Part shown: piece after piece, positions 24,547 to 37,941 of the stretch
Position numbering within the stretch: position 1 is the first letter of the stretch
Layout of the letters: each line of letters starts with the position of its first letter
Assembly (NCBI GenBank): GCA_013265495.1
Contig: MU057597.1
Location: forward strand, 396,563-460,562
DNA length: 64,000 bases
Source: Vicugna vicugna
Taxonomy: Eukaryota
Direction: 5' to 3'
Position numbers and translations under genes: made by a program
The notes under the pieces: generated by a model
The model's input: the letters and a program-made list of their open reading frames with translations, nothing else
Database searches by the model: none
Told to the model about the DNA's origin: nothing

Positions 24547-25170
24547 TGAATTCTTTTAGCTTTTGTTTATCTGTGAAGTTTTTGATTTGTCCATCATATC
24601 TGAATGAGAGCCTTGCTGGATAGAGTATTCTTGGCTGTAAGTTTTTCCCTTTCTTCTCTTTAAATATATCATGTCACTCCCTTCTGGCCTGTAGAGTTTC
24701 TGCTGAAAAATCAGCTGATAGCCTTATGGGAGTTCCCTTGTATGTTATTTGTTGCTTTTCTCTTGCTGATATTAATATTTTCTCCTTATTCTTAATTTTT
24801 GTCAACTTGATGACTATGTGCCTTGGTGTCTTCCTCTTTGGGTTGATCCTGTGTGGAACTCTGTGCTTCCAGGACTTGGGTGACTGTTTCCTTTCCCAAG
24901 CTGGGGAAGTTTTCAGTTATTTTTGGAGAGATCCAAAAATTTTCTCAGGTTCTTTCTCTCTCTATTCTCTTTTGGGACCCCTATAATGTGAATATTAGAG
25001 CGCTTCATGTTGTCCCGGGGTTCTCTTACATTATCCTCATTTCTTTTCATTCTTTTTTATTTTTTCTGTTCTGCAGTAGTGATTTCCACTAATCTGTCTT
25101 CTAACTCACTGATCCATTCTCCTGCCTCATTTAGTCTATTCTTGGTTCCTTCTAGTGTGTTATTCATTTC
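24547..25170 (-). mobile_element. L1 ORF1 fragment
   Basis: Minus-strand EMNNTLEGTKNRLNEAGEWISELEDRLVEITTAEQKK is an L1 ORF1p coiled-coil; tctgctgaaaaatcagctgatag corresponds to the ORF1 IRL.ADFS motif. Confidence 0.8.
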
Positions 25171-25174
25171 AGTG

Positions 25175-25588
25175 GGCAGTGGCCCAATTCCTGGGAATCC
25201 CAGCCCCTTCCCCAAAGTAGTTGGAATAATCTTCCCACTTGTTAGCATGTGAAGCTACTGAGCCCTTGCAAAGGAACAACTCCCACACCTCGTGGCCACT
25301 CTTCATTCCTAGTGAGACAGACTGCACTCTCTATGGAGTGTGTAACTACAAACTGAAAACCTAACCCCCACACCTCCTAGCCTTTTTCTTGCCTTCTGAA
25401 ACAGTCTACCCTCTGTCTTTGGAGTATATATCTCTCTGAATAAATCTACTTTTACTCAACTGTGACTTGCTCTTGAATTCCTTCCTTTGACAAGCCAAGG
25501 ACCCACACTTGGCAGGGCACTTCTCAGGGGCCTAACTGAGACCTAGGACATGGCCATCCTCTTGCCCCACATTCACTTTCCTGTATTG
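25175..25588 (+). mobile_element. Partial ERV1-type LTR (possible 3' LTR of the 19175 ERV)
   Basis: AATAAA at 25439 followed by U5-like ctcttgaattccttcc...agccaaggaccc; ends at cctgtat. Confidence 0.65.
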
Positions 25589-25689
25589 ATATGAAGGTTA
25601 AAGTAAAAGAAACAGATCTAATATGGAGTCAGAATTGTTCTTCTCTATTACACAAATAAATGCCGTTATTAATATTCGAAGTTAATTAT

Positions 25690-26870
25690 TCTTTACATCG
25701 TAATAAAACCCAGTGTCTTCTGAAGACTATATGTTTTCAGGCTTTGTTACTGACACTTGACAGAACTCTTAGGAATAGAAAATTAAGAAAAGAGCTAAAA
25801 TATATTACTATTTGAAAATAAAATGTACAAATTTCTAATTACCTTCGTAACAAACATATAATCAGTTAGAAGTTACATTATGTTTAGTTATATATTTAAG
25901 TATAATTTCATAAACAAGTTTTTACAAAAGATCCTTAAAAGTATTTCTCATAAGTGTGTAATAGGCCAACTATTTTAAAGAATAATGCAGGTTTTTCTTA
26001 TTGTAGTAATTATTTCAATTAATGTAAGGATATTTTGCTGTGCACCTTCAATTTATACAGTGATGTATGTCAAATACATCTCAATAACACTTGGGGAAGA
26101 CATGGTTTTAAAAGGCAAATAAAACACTTCAGCCAAAAGAAAGATTAATGCAGTTGATAACCACTTTTAAAAATGTATCGCTCTTTTAAAATCAATGGTT
26201 AGTGACAGAAATTATGTTTTAGTCCTTCAGTCTCAGTCCCCAGGTTTTGTCCGTGAGTCTCTAGAACTGAGTAGAGTGTTGAGTTTGGCCTCCTGGCTGA
26301 ATGAAGAATAGAGAGGAAAAGGTGTTGTGTAACATGTCAGTAACAAATGGCTCATTCTATCCAGGGAGAGTTTGTATTTCTCATTCTAACTTGTCATACA
26401 AATTTCAGCTCTTATTTTCTTTAAGTGGTTAAATTAATTGTAATTTTAGAAAATATTCCTAGATCCACCACTGCCCACAGCAATCACATGGAGACCAAAT
26501 TCCCAGCCACTGCATTGCTTGAGCTTCAGGAGAGGGACAAGCAAGCCTCGAGCTCCCAGAAACAGCTTTTCGTTTGTTTTTCTGGGGTGGGGGTGGGCGT
26601 GGATTAGATTGATTGTTTGACTGATTGAGATACTGCGGGTTAAACCCAGGATCTCCTGAATGCTAAGCACGGGATCTGCCACTGAGCAATAATCCCCACA
26701 AACAGATTTTTATTGTAACCGTTTTCAACTTCTTAGGAGGAGACATCTTAGTTTCTGATATAAATGCCCCCCACATCTATAAGCTTTTACCATAAAACCC
26801 TTCCAGTATGGAGAAGGAACAATCCCCTCTCCATACTAACCCCCTCCCCGGCTCACCAGACTAAGACCTG
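25690..26870 (+). repeat. Promoter-upstream module copy B
   Basis: Collinear with copies A and C; leads into the gene 2 CpG island. Confidence 0.85.
26571..26694 (-). mobile_element. tRNA-derived SINE (Vic-1-like)
   Basis: Reverse complement GGGGATTATTGCTCAGTGGCAGA...GCTTAGCA...CCTGGGTTTAACCC; flanked by ccca(g/c)aaacag(c/a)tttt. Confidence 0.75.
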
Positions 26871-27550
26871 GGCTCCCTCGCCCACCAGCCCCTGGCGGGC
26901 ATCGCTCCGCCCACGCCCCACCCCGGAAGTCCCGCCTCTGGCTCCGGGCGAAAGTTTCCCCCGGAACCGGAAGCGGAGGTCGCTGACTGGCGGTCCCCCT
27001 ATGGAGCGTGTTTCTCCTTTCTAGTATAAATCTGTACTGCGTGTTCCTGCTTAATCCATCCTCTGAATGTAGGAGTCACTGCGGACCTAAAATCCCAGCA
27101 CCCGGCCCTCAGCCCACGTAAATCCAGACGGCACCGCTCCAGGTCGGGGATCTTTTCCTTCGCGTCTGAAACCACTCTGAGGCTGGTCTCTGTCCTCGGC
27201 TTTTCTGCCTTCGGTCATCGAGACACCGCCTTTCCTGATATTTTCCTTCATAAAACCCAATACTCCCTCCGTCCCCCATGTAACGTCCTCTTCTCTGAGC
27301 TGGATTTGCGCCCCCAGCCTCGCCCTCTCGGCCCCTGGAGGGCAGCGCCGGCCGCCCCGCTCCCGTGAGGACGCGTCTTCTCCCGGGTCGCGGGATTCTG
27401 GGAGCCCGGCCTCTCCTGAGACCCCCTCCCTCCCAGCCCGTCTGTCCTCGCGTCCTTTTCAGGCGGGTCCTTCTGCTCCGCGGGCCTCCCCTTCGTAATC
27501 AGCCCTTCCCCTGACTCCGCCTATCGGGAGGTGACCCGGATCTGCCTTGG
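26870..27550 (+). promoter_or_regulatory. CpG-island promoter / non-coding exon 1 of gene 2
   Basis: CpG-dense; ETS motifs CCGGAAGT (26923) and CCGGAAGCG (26967); GC boxes; homologous to orphan copy 39040-39290. Confidence 0.75.
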
Positions 27551-29373
27551 GACACTCACTATTGTTCCGTCCCAAATTCCATGCCGCTGGAAAATGTGCT
27601 CTTTCTTTAGGCGGGCATCTTATTCAGGCGGCATCCCAGTAAATTCGTGAGCGAGGGGTTACAAGAGTTAGAACCATGGCCTTCAAAGCATGGTGGCCCT
27701 GGGAGACGAACAGAGAACAGCGATTGACTTGAAGAGCAGAGGAAGCGAGAGAAGGAGCAGGAAGGAGGCATAGCTACCTGTGATGGGAGCGTGAGGAGGA
27801 AGGGAGGGTGAAAGGATAAAAGAGATGTAACTCGGGGGGCAGACAGGGAGCAGAGGTGGAGGAAGTAACAGGCCAAAATACAAGGAGATACAGGGCAATC
27901 AGAAAGGTTGGGGGAAAGAGCAACAAGAGGGGAACAAGATACAGAGTGAGTCATGACCGGAATGAGGGAGGAAATAGAAGGGCAGCAGGAACAGCAGGAG
28001 AGTAGCGGGGAACAGAGTGACAGAGAGAAGCAGGGAGACAGATAAACAGAATGAACTGGGAAAACATAGTAGTGTGGATCGAGCCGGCCAACTGGTTGCA
28101 GACGGGAGGTGAGTTGTTTGGATGTGGGTGATTAATTTGTGTCATATTGATTTATGGTTTTAGAATGTGATAAATATAAAGGTTGTTTGCTTAAATTATG
28201 CACCTCTGGTTAGATATTGAAAGACATGGTAATGATTATATTGAGGGAAATATTTGCACTCCTGTGAGCATTACGCATTATTCACAACAGTCAGTCAAGA
28301 TGTAGAATGAGCGAAAATGTCTGTTGACAAATGACTGCACGTAGAAAATTTATGTCAGCCATGAATTATGACATTACTATGTCAGAAGAAGAAAGATACT
28401 TGACATGGAAACTAGAAATGTGAAACTCATAGAGCCTTAGGGTATGAAGGTTGTCACAAGGGGTTGGGTGGAGGGGGAAATCTGGAGATGTTGGTCAAGG
28501 TTACAAACGTTCAGTCGAAAAATAAAATAGTACAACATGTACACCTAATGTACAGCCTGCTGACTGTAGTTAATCACATAGTGTTACTACATACTTGGAA
28601 TTTGTGGTGAGAATTAACCTTAAGTATTCTCACTACACAGAAGGAAAATGGTATTCGTGAGTTGATGGAAGTATAAATTACTTTATTGTGATAATTATTA
28701 CACAGTGTAGACATCTGTTGAATACTCACATTGTACACCTCATATGTACACTGTTGTTAAGCATCAGTTATATCTCAGTAAAGCTGGGAAAGAAAAACAA
28801 AGTGGGAGGTGTGCTGGGCTTGCTTCCTCTCAGTGGTGCTTGACCCAGGCTTCACAATAGATCTCTGAAGCATTTTGCATATACGTGTTTTGGATACTCT
28901 GACCAGAGATTCACCTTCATATAGTCTGTGTGGTGTCCAACCTCAATGATGCTTAAGGGACACAAGGTGATTCCAGTCTGGATCCCTCACTGAGCATCCT
29001 GACTCTGAGTCCTCCCATCCTGAGGGCTGGGATCGGGGCTGAGGGGGAGGGGGCTCTGCTCTGCGTGGGGATGGATCAGGGCCTGGTCTGTGACCTGAAG
29101 GGGGCTGTCGGGTCCAGCTGAGGTGCCCGCTGCTGCTGTGTAGGTGACGGGCTTACCAGGAGGGAAGGGTGATCTGAGGACAGTGCGGGGAAACTCCTTT
29201 GTTGGTGTGTGTGTGTAGTTTCCTGTCCTGAGTCCTTCCTGTGACAGTGGGCAACAGAGGACTGTCTGTTCCACGTGGTGAGGTCTCCCCTGTGTGTATG
29301 TATGTGACTGTGGCACAGGGAGGGATGTGTTGTTTATAAGCATTAAATAGAATGTTTTCATTCAACTTTGAAG

Positions 29374-29463
29374 ATCGATCTCTGAAGACCCACGTTGTCT
29401 GAGGAAGAAGTCCAGAAGAGGAGGAAGAGAAACAAAAAGGAATCAAGAATGACTGTTTCTCAG
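29374..29463 (+). pseudogene. KRAB-ZFP gene 2 pseudogene, ATG exon (MTVSQ; ATG at 29449)
   Basis: Paralog of 2249-2339; upstream ATG is ACG; original acceptor cag changed to gaa; donor CAG|gtaaag at 29464. Confidence 0.8.
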
Positions 29464-29492
29464 GTAAAGTCATATTCTCAGTTGATTGTTTT

Positions 29493-30157
29493 TTTTTCCC
29501 TAATTGAAGTATGGTCAGTTTACAATGTTGTTCAATTTCTGGTGTACAGCATAATGTTTCAGTCATACATATATGTACATATATTCTTTTCATATTCTTT
29601 TTCATTATAGGTTACTACAAGATATTGAATATAGTTTCCTCTCTATATAGTGTAATTTGTTATCTGTTTTATATATAGTAGTTGGTATCTGCAAATATCA
29701 AACTCCCAATTTATCCCTTTCCACTTCCTTCCCCCTGGTAACCATAAGTTTGTTTTCTATGTATGTGAGTCTCTTTCTTATTTGTGAATAGGTTTTGTCT
29801 TTTTTCTTTTTTTTGTTTTCTTTTTTCTTTCTTTTTTTTTTTTTTTTGGTGGTTTTTTTGTTTTTTTTTTTTTTTTATTTGTTTATTTATTTATTTATTT
29901 TTGGAGGAGGTACTGGGGATTGAACCCAGGACCTCATGCAAGCTAAGCATGTGTTCTACCACTTGAGCTATACCCTCCCCACTGTGTCTTATTTTTGAAT
30001 TCTACATATAAGTCATATGATATTTTTCTTTTTCTTTCTGGCTTACTTCACTTAGAATGATAACCCGCAGGTCCATCCATGTTGCTACAAATGACATTAT
30101 TTTATTTTATTTTGTTATGGCTCAGTAGTATTCATTTGTATATGTGTATACCATATT
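29493..30157 (-). mobile_element. L1 3' end with nested SINE (~29800-29980, minus)
   Basis: TSD-like agttgatt(g/a)tttt at 29480 and 30158; SINE ggaggtactggggattgaacccagg...gagctataccctcccc. Confidence 0.85.
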
Positions 30158-30564
30158 AGTTGATTATTTTGTCTGTCCTTCTGAAATGCCTTTCTTGGGA
30201 CTTGTTAATACTTTCTGATTTTGAAGTATCCTGCCTGACATCTCTACATTCACAGTCACCCAGGACCCACCCTCAGCGTCTGCCACCTCCACTTAGACTC
30301 CACCCCCATGACCCAGGGACCTGGAACTTGTGAAGTCTCCCCTGGGCATGGTTCTTGTCAGGACTTCACCCTAGTGGATTCAAACCACTGGTGTGTCAGT
30401 GCTGTTGGGCAGCAGGGAGAGTTTAGGGGCCCATCTGGGTGCACTGTCTGCTCTCTGTAAACCAGGATAAGGAAGCTGCTTGTGAAAATCAGACATTAAT
30501 ATGCACAATACCTGGTAAATTCTGGAAACAGAGCAATAAGGGGAAATTTGTTCTGACTTTTTCT

Positions 30565-31988
30565 TTTTCTTTTTTAAACATTTTTTTATTGATTTATAAT
30601 CATTTTACAATGTTGTATCAAATTCCAGTGTTCAGCACAATTTTTTCAGTCATACGTAGGCATATACACACTCATTGTCACATTTTTTTCTCTGTGAGCT
30701 ACCATAAGATTTTGTGTATATTTCCCTGTGCTACACAGTATAATCTTGTTTATCTATTCTACAATTTTGAAATCCCAGTCTATCCCTTCCCACCCTCTGC
30801 CCCCCTGGCAACCACAAGTCTGTATTATATGTCTATGAGTCTATTTCTGTCCTGTATTTATGCTTTGGGGTTTTTTTTTGTTTGCTTTTGTTTTTCTTTT
30901 TTAGATTCCACATATGAGCGATCTCATATGGTATTTTTCTTTCTCTTTCTGGCTTACTTCACTTAGAATGACATTCTCCAGGAGCATCCATGTTGCTGCA
31001 AATGGCATTATGTTGTCAGTTTTTATGGCTGAGTAGTATTCCATTGTATAAATATACCACTTCTTCTTTATACAGTTGTCTGTTGATGGATGTTTAGGCT
31101 GTTTCCATGTCTTGACTATTGTAAATAGTGCTGCTATGAACATTGGGGTGCACGTGTCATCCTGAAGTAGGGTTCCTTCTGGATATATGCCCAGGAGCGG
31201 GATTCCTGGGTCATATGGTAAGTCTATTCCTAGTCTTTTGAGGAATCTCCATACTGTTTTCCACAGTGGCTGCACCAAACTGCATTCCCACCAGCAGTGT
31301 AGGAGGATTCCCCTTTCTCCACAGCTTCTCCAGCATTTGTCATTTTTGGATTTTTGAATGACGGCCATTCTGACTGGTGTGAGGTGATACCTCATTGTAG
31401 TTTTGATTTCCATTTCTCTGATAATTAGTGATACTGAGCATTTTTTCATGTGCCTTTTGATCATTTGTATGTCTTCCTTGGAGAATTGCTTGTTTAGGTC
31501 TTCTGCCCATTTTTGGATTGGGTTATTTATTTTTTTCTTATTGAGCCATATGAGCTGCTTATATACTGTGGAGATCAAGCCTTTGTTGGTTTCATTTGCA
31601 AAAATTTTCTCCCATTTCGTAGATTGTCTTTTTGTTTTACTTATGGTTTCCTTTGTGCAGAAGCTTGTAAGTTTCATTGGGTCCCATTTGTTTATTCTTG
31701 CTTTTATTTCTTCTAGGAGAAAATTTTTGAGATGTATGTCAGATAATGTTTTGCCTATGTTTTCCTCTAGGAGGTTTATTGTATCTTGTCTTATGTTTAA
31801 GTCTTTGATCCATTTTGAGTTGATTTTTGTATATGGTGTAAGGGAGTGTTCTAGCTTCACTGTTTTACGTGCTGCTGTCCAGTTTTCCCAACACCATTTG
31901 CTGAAGAGACTGTCTTTATTCCATTGTATAATGTTGCCTCCTTTGTCAAAGATTAGTTGATCAAAAGTTTGTGGGTTCATTTCTGGGC
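30565..31988 (-). mobile_element. Young 5'-truncated L1 (1.4 kb) with open ORF2 C-terminus and 16-bp TSD
   Basis: TSD tgttctgactttttct at 30549-30564 and 31989-32004; uninterrupted ORF2 peptide including [18 protein letters not shown] and ending SLICGI*; empty site at 2580-2595. Confidence 0.95.
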
Positions 31989-32199
31989 TGTTCTGACTTT
32001 TTCTAAGAGAGTTGAAGCTAAGTAAGTGAGTCACTGAATTTAAAATCATAACGATTGTGAGTGGAAAAGAAAGTTTAGAAAAAGACATCAGTGACAGAGA
32101 GTGTTTTATTCCATCATATGCTTTAAACTGTGAAATCAACTGAAATGTTTGAGAGTTGGAAATTTTTCATAGCACCTTCATCACCTCCAATCTCCAGAT

Positions 32200-33097
32200 T
32201 TTTTTCTTTTCACTGTGTTAGTTGTGTTCTTTGCCAAGCAGAAATTTTTACTTTTGATGCAGGGAAGGTTTCAGCTTCATTGTTTTGCACATAAGTACCC
32301 AGTTTCCTAGCACCATTTGTTACTGAGACTGTCTTTTTTCCACTCTGCAGTCTTAACGTCCTTGTCAGTACTTTTCAAACAGATGCAAGGAGTATTTCTG
32401 AGCATTCTCTTTTCTTCCATTATGTATCTGTGTTTACGCAGGTAACACACCATCTTGATTACTTTGTAGTATGTTTTGAAATTTAAAGCAAGGAGGCCTC
32501 CATCTTTCTTCTTCTTCAAGAGGATTTTGGGTATTTGGGGTCTCTTGAGGTTCCCTATGACTTTTAGCATGTTTTTCCTATTTCTGCAAAATTAGCCATT
32601 GGAATTTTGATAATGGTTCCATTGAATGTGTAGAAGAGTTTGGGTAGTTTGGCTGTTTTAAGAGCATTAAGACTTCCAGTCCATGAGTATGGGTTGTCTG
32701 TCCATTTATGTGTATCTCTTTGGATTTCTTTTAGGAATGGTTAGCAGTTTTCAGTCTGTAAGTCTTTCCCCTCCTGGGCGAATTTATTCCTAAATGTTAC
32801 ATCCTTTTTTTAATAGTATACTAAATAGGATTCTTCTCTAATTTTCTGTTGACATTGTTTATTGTGTATGGAAATGCAGCTAATTTTTGCATGCTGATTT
32901 CGTATTATGCATCTTTTCTAAAATTGGTATTTGAAGTAGCAGTTTTCTTGTGGAATCTTTACAGTTTGTACATATCAAACCTTGTCATCTAATAAAGAAA
33001 TTTTCCTTCTTTTTTTAATTTGGGAGATTTTGGTTTTTTTTCTTGTTTCATTCCACTGGCAGGATTTGTAGTACTTTGTTGAACAGTAGTGCAGAGT
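32200..33097 (-). mobile_element. Decayed L1 ORF2 fragment, paralogous to 2800-3690
   Basis: Collinear with the gene 1 intron L1; ends at the deletion junction. Confidence 0.8.
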
Positions 33098-33275
33098 ACT
33101 TCTTTTCTAGCAAAGTAACCTTTTTTTGGTGTGTTCCTGAAATTTTTAAGGTCATGCTAGATAGTTTCATAACTGGTATAAGCACTAGCTTCAGTGTCCT
33201 AGCCTGTGTTTAACATGAAACATTTATTTATGAGTTGTAATGAATAGGATACTTATAGTTGTATGTATCTTGTAG

Positions 33276-35990
<2,715 letters not shown>

Positions 35991-36049
35991 GTTTTCACTC
36001 ATGTACCAACCCCTTTGGTGTAATGAGAGAACTTTGTAACTTAGACGAT

Positions 36050-36224
36050 TGATTTCTTGAATATGTGTAAGCACATTTGACTGTCCTTTATGATTGGATT
36101 ACTGCATTCTCTTGATTCTTATTTTGGGTTGGCTTTATTCCTTTGATAACTGTAACTTTAAAAAGCTAAAGCTCTAAACTGTTGTTAGAAATAATGAACA
36201 GTACATATATGTAAATTTAAAAAA
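36050..36224 (+). repeat. ~175-bp A-tailed interspersed repeat (second copy at 7219-7400)
   Basis: cttgaatatgtgtaagcacat...aaaaagctaaagctctaaactgtt...tatatgtaaatt + A-run in both copies. Confidence 0.85.
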
Positions 36225-36529
36225 TATGTGTAGTATATTGTATATATGTATAATATAGTGTATGTGCAGTCAGAAAAAAAAGTGTGTAAATTATTGTGTC
36301 CTAGTTAGCTCAGTCTCCAAAAGAGGACTTCACTGCTGGGTGCTCCAGAAAACAACTGACTAACCACCAAGGACGAAGCCTTGAAACAGAAAGGACAAAA
36401 CCTGAAACTGAGTCCTGCTAAAACCAGCTTCCTCTGCCGAGTTTATGATTAGCCTCTCTATCCAAAACTTTTATTTCTTTTTTCCTCCCTCCCATGTTCC
36501 CCTCATGATTGAAGAATACCTAAAAAAAT

Positions 36530-37116
36530 GGTAAATTAAACCCAAGCTGGACCCTGTGGGACCTTTTGGAGTCCAAAGTCCCCTCTGTGTCCCCAGTTTC
36601 TTGTGTGCAGAAAAAAGGCTTTGCCTTCCAGGCCTCCCCTGAGTTCCAAAGAGCAGGCTCAACAATTAAGGGTTAGAAGAACAGAGTCAGAGTACGCCTA
36701 TGCCCTCCGTATGGATATAGGTAACAGTCTGAAGCGTATCTTTTTGAGTTGTTCTGCAAAAACCAAGACCCCCCTCCAACCCCGATCAAGTGAGAATGAG
36801 GATGCTGGCTGAAAATAACCAGTGGAACCTGAGTGCTGTGAGTTCAGTTTTATCTGGGGCTTACTGAGGACTGAGGCCTGGGAGACAGCCACTGGGAGAG
36901 CTCTGAGTTACTGCTGGGAAGAGGTGGGGTGAGAGGTCTGTCTCACCCCATATGCTTTTGATGAAGGGAGTTCGTTCAGTGAAGCACACGTATTGGCAGA
37001 AGGTTGCTGCTATTCACTAGACGGTTGCTGTTTGTCAGGAGGAACAGACGTCTCCATCAGTGATTTTAGTGCTAGTCTAGATATGAGAAGATGCAAGACA
37101 TTGGGCTCATAAAATC
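36530..37116. mobile_element. Two adjacent ERV LTR fragments (~36530-36800; ~36802-37116 related to the 37473 LTR)
   Basis: 36830-37116 aligns with 37505-37760 (gagttcagttttat, ggagacagc, cagaaggttgctgcta, gattttagtgct). Confidence 0.55.
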
Positions 37117-37472
37117 AACATGACTAGTTAGAAATTCTGTTTAATACAGAGTAATCTGCCTCATGAATTTCACAAAGTTTATCGGAGTGACTGCATCTTC
37201 TAAAAATCTGATACATCTTTTTGCATGTGTGCTACACCAGGACATTGTGCTCATTTTATCTGAAAACACTTTAAATATGCGAATTTCCTTATCTAAACAT
37301 CATCATATTTCAGTGGATTCCCATGTCTCTGTGGATGAAATATCTGACATGTAGGGATGGGATGAAACATTCTTTGTAGTAGATGTGATCTGACATTTAT
37401 TGCCATAAAAATATTGAGGGTTGAAGTGAAGTTATTGCATATTTGGTAATCTAGTTTTACTTTCTTTAGGGT

Positions 37473-37941
37473 TGTCAACTGAAATTAAATCTTACAACAT
37501 GAAAGTTGAGAGTTAAATTTTATTTGGGGCCAAATGAGGACTATAGCCCCACAGATAGTATTTCAGATAGGTCTGAGGAACTGCTCCGAACAGGTAGTGG
37601 GGGGATGTCGGTATCTGTGTGCTTTTGGTGGAGAGGTGCCTGCAGTCAAGCACACATCATTCCAGAAGTTTACTGCTAGTCACAGTGAGCAGATGGCTAC
37701 ATTAATGATTTTACTGATTTTCTAGAAATGCGGAGATGCCAAAATTTGGGCTTATCAAATCTTCTGAAAATATCTAACTATCCAAAGGCCTGTTCTGCAA
37801 GTTTTTTACAGAGCATGGAGTGCCTCATTCCTGATCTGGATGCTGAACGCCTTTCAGGGTGTGTTGAAGGTCAGCAGCTGTTGTGGCTTGACATTTAATC
37901 TTTGTAGAGGTAGATGACAAGTGATAAATTTTTAGTTGGCA
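37473..37941 (-). mobile_element. Solo ERV1-type LTR
   Basis: Termini tgtcaact...agttggca (imperfect inverted repeat); minus-strand AATAAA near 37520; gggt/aggt flanks. Confidence 0.75.

Noticed and set aside
27023..27030. TATAAA in promoter copies B and C as a TATA box
   Set aside because: It lies downstream of the ETS/GC core and of the inferred exon-1 donor, so it is intronic.
30901..32139. 412-aa ORF as a host gene
   Set aside because: It is the L1 ORF2 C-terminus within a TSD-flanked insertion, and the listed start is TTG in flanking DNA.
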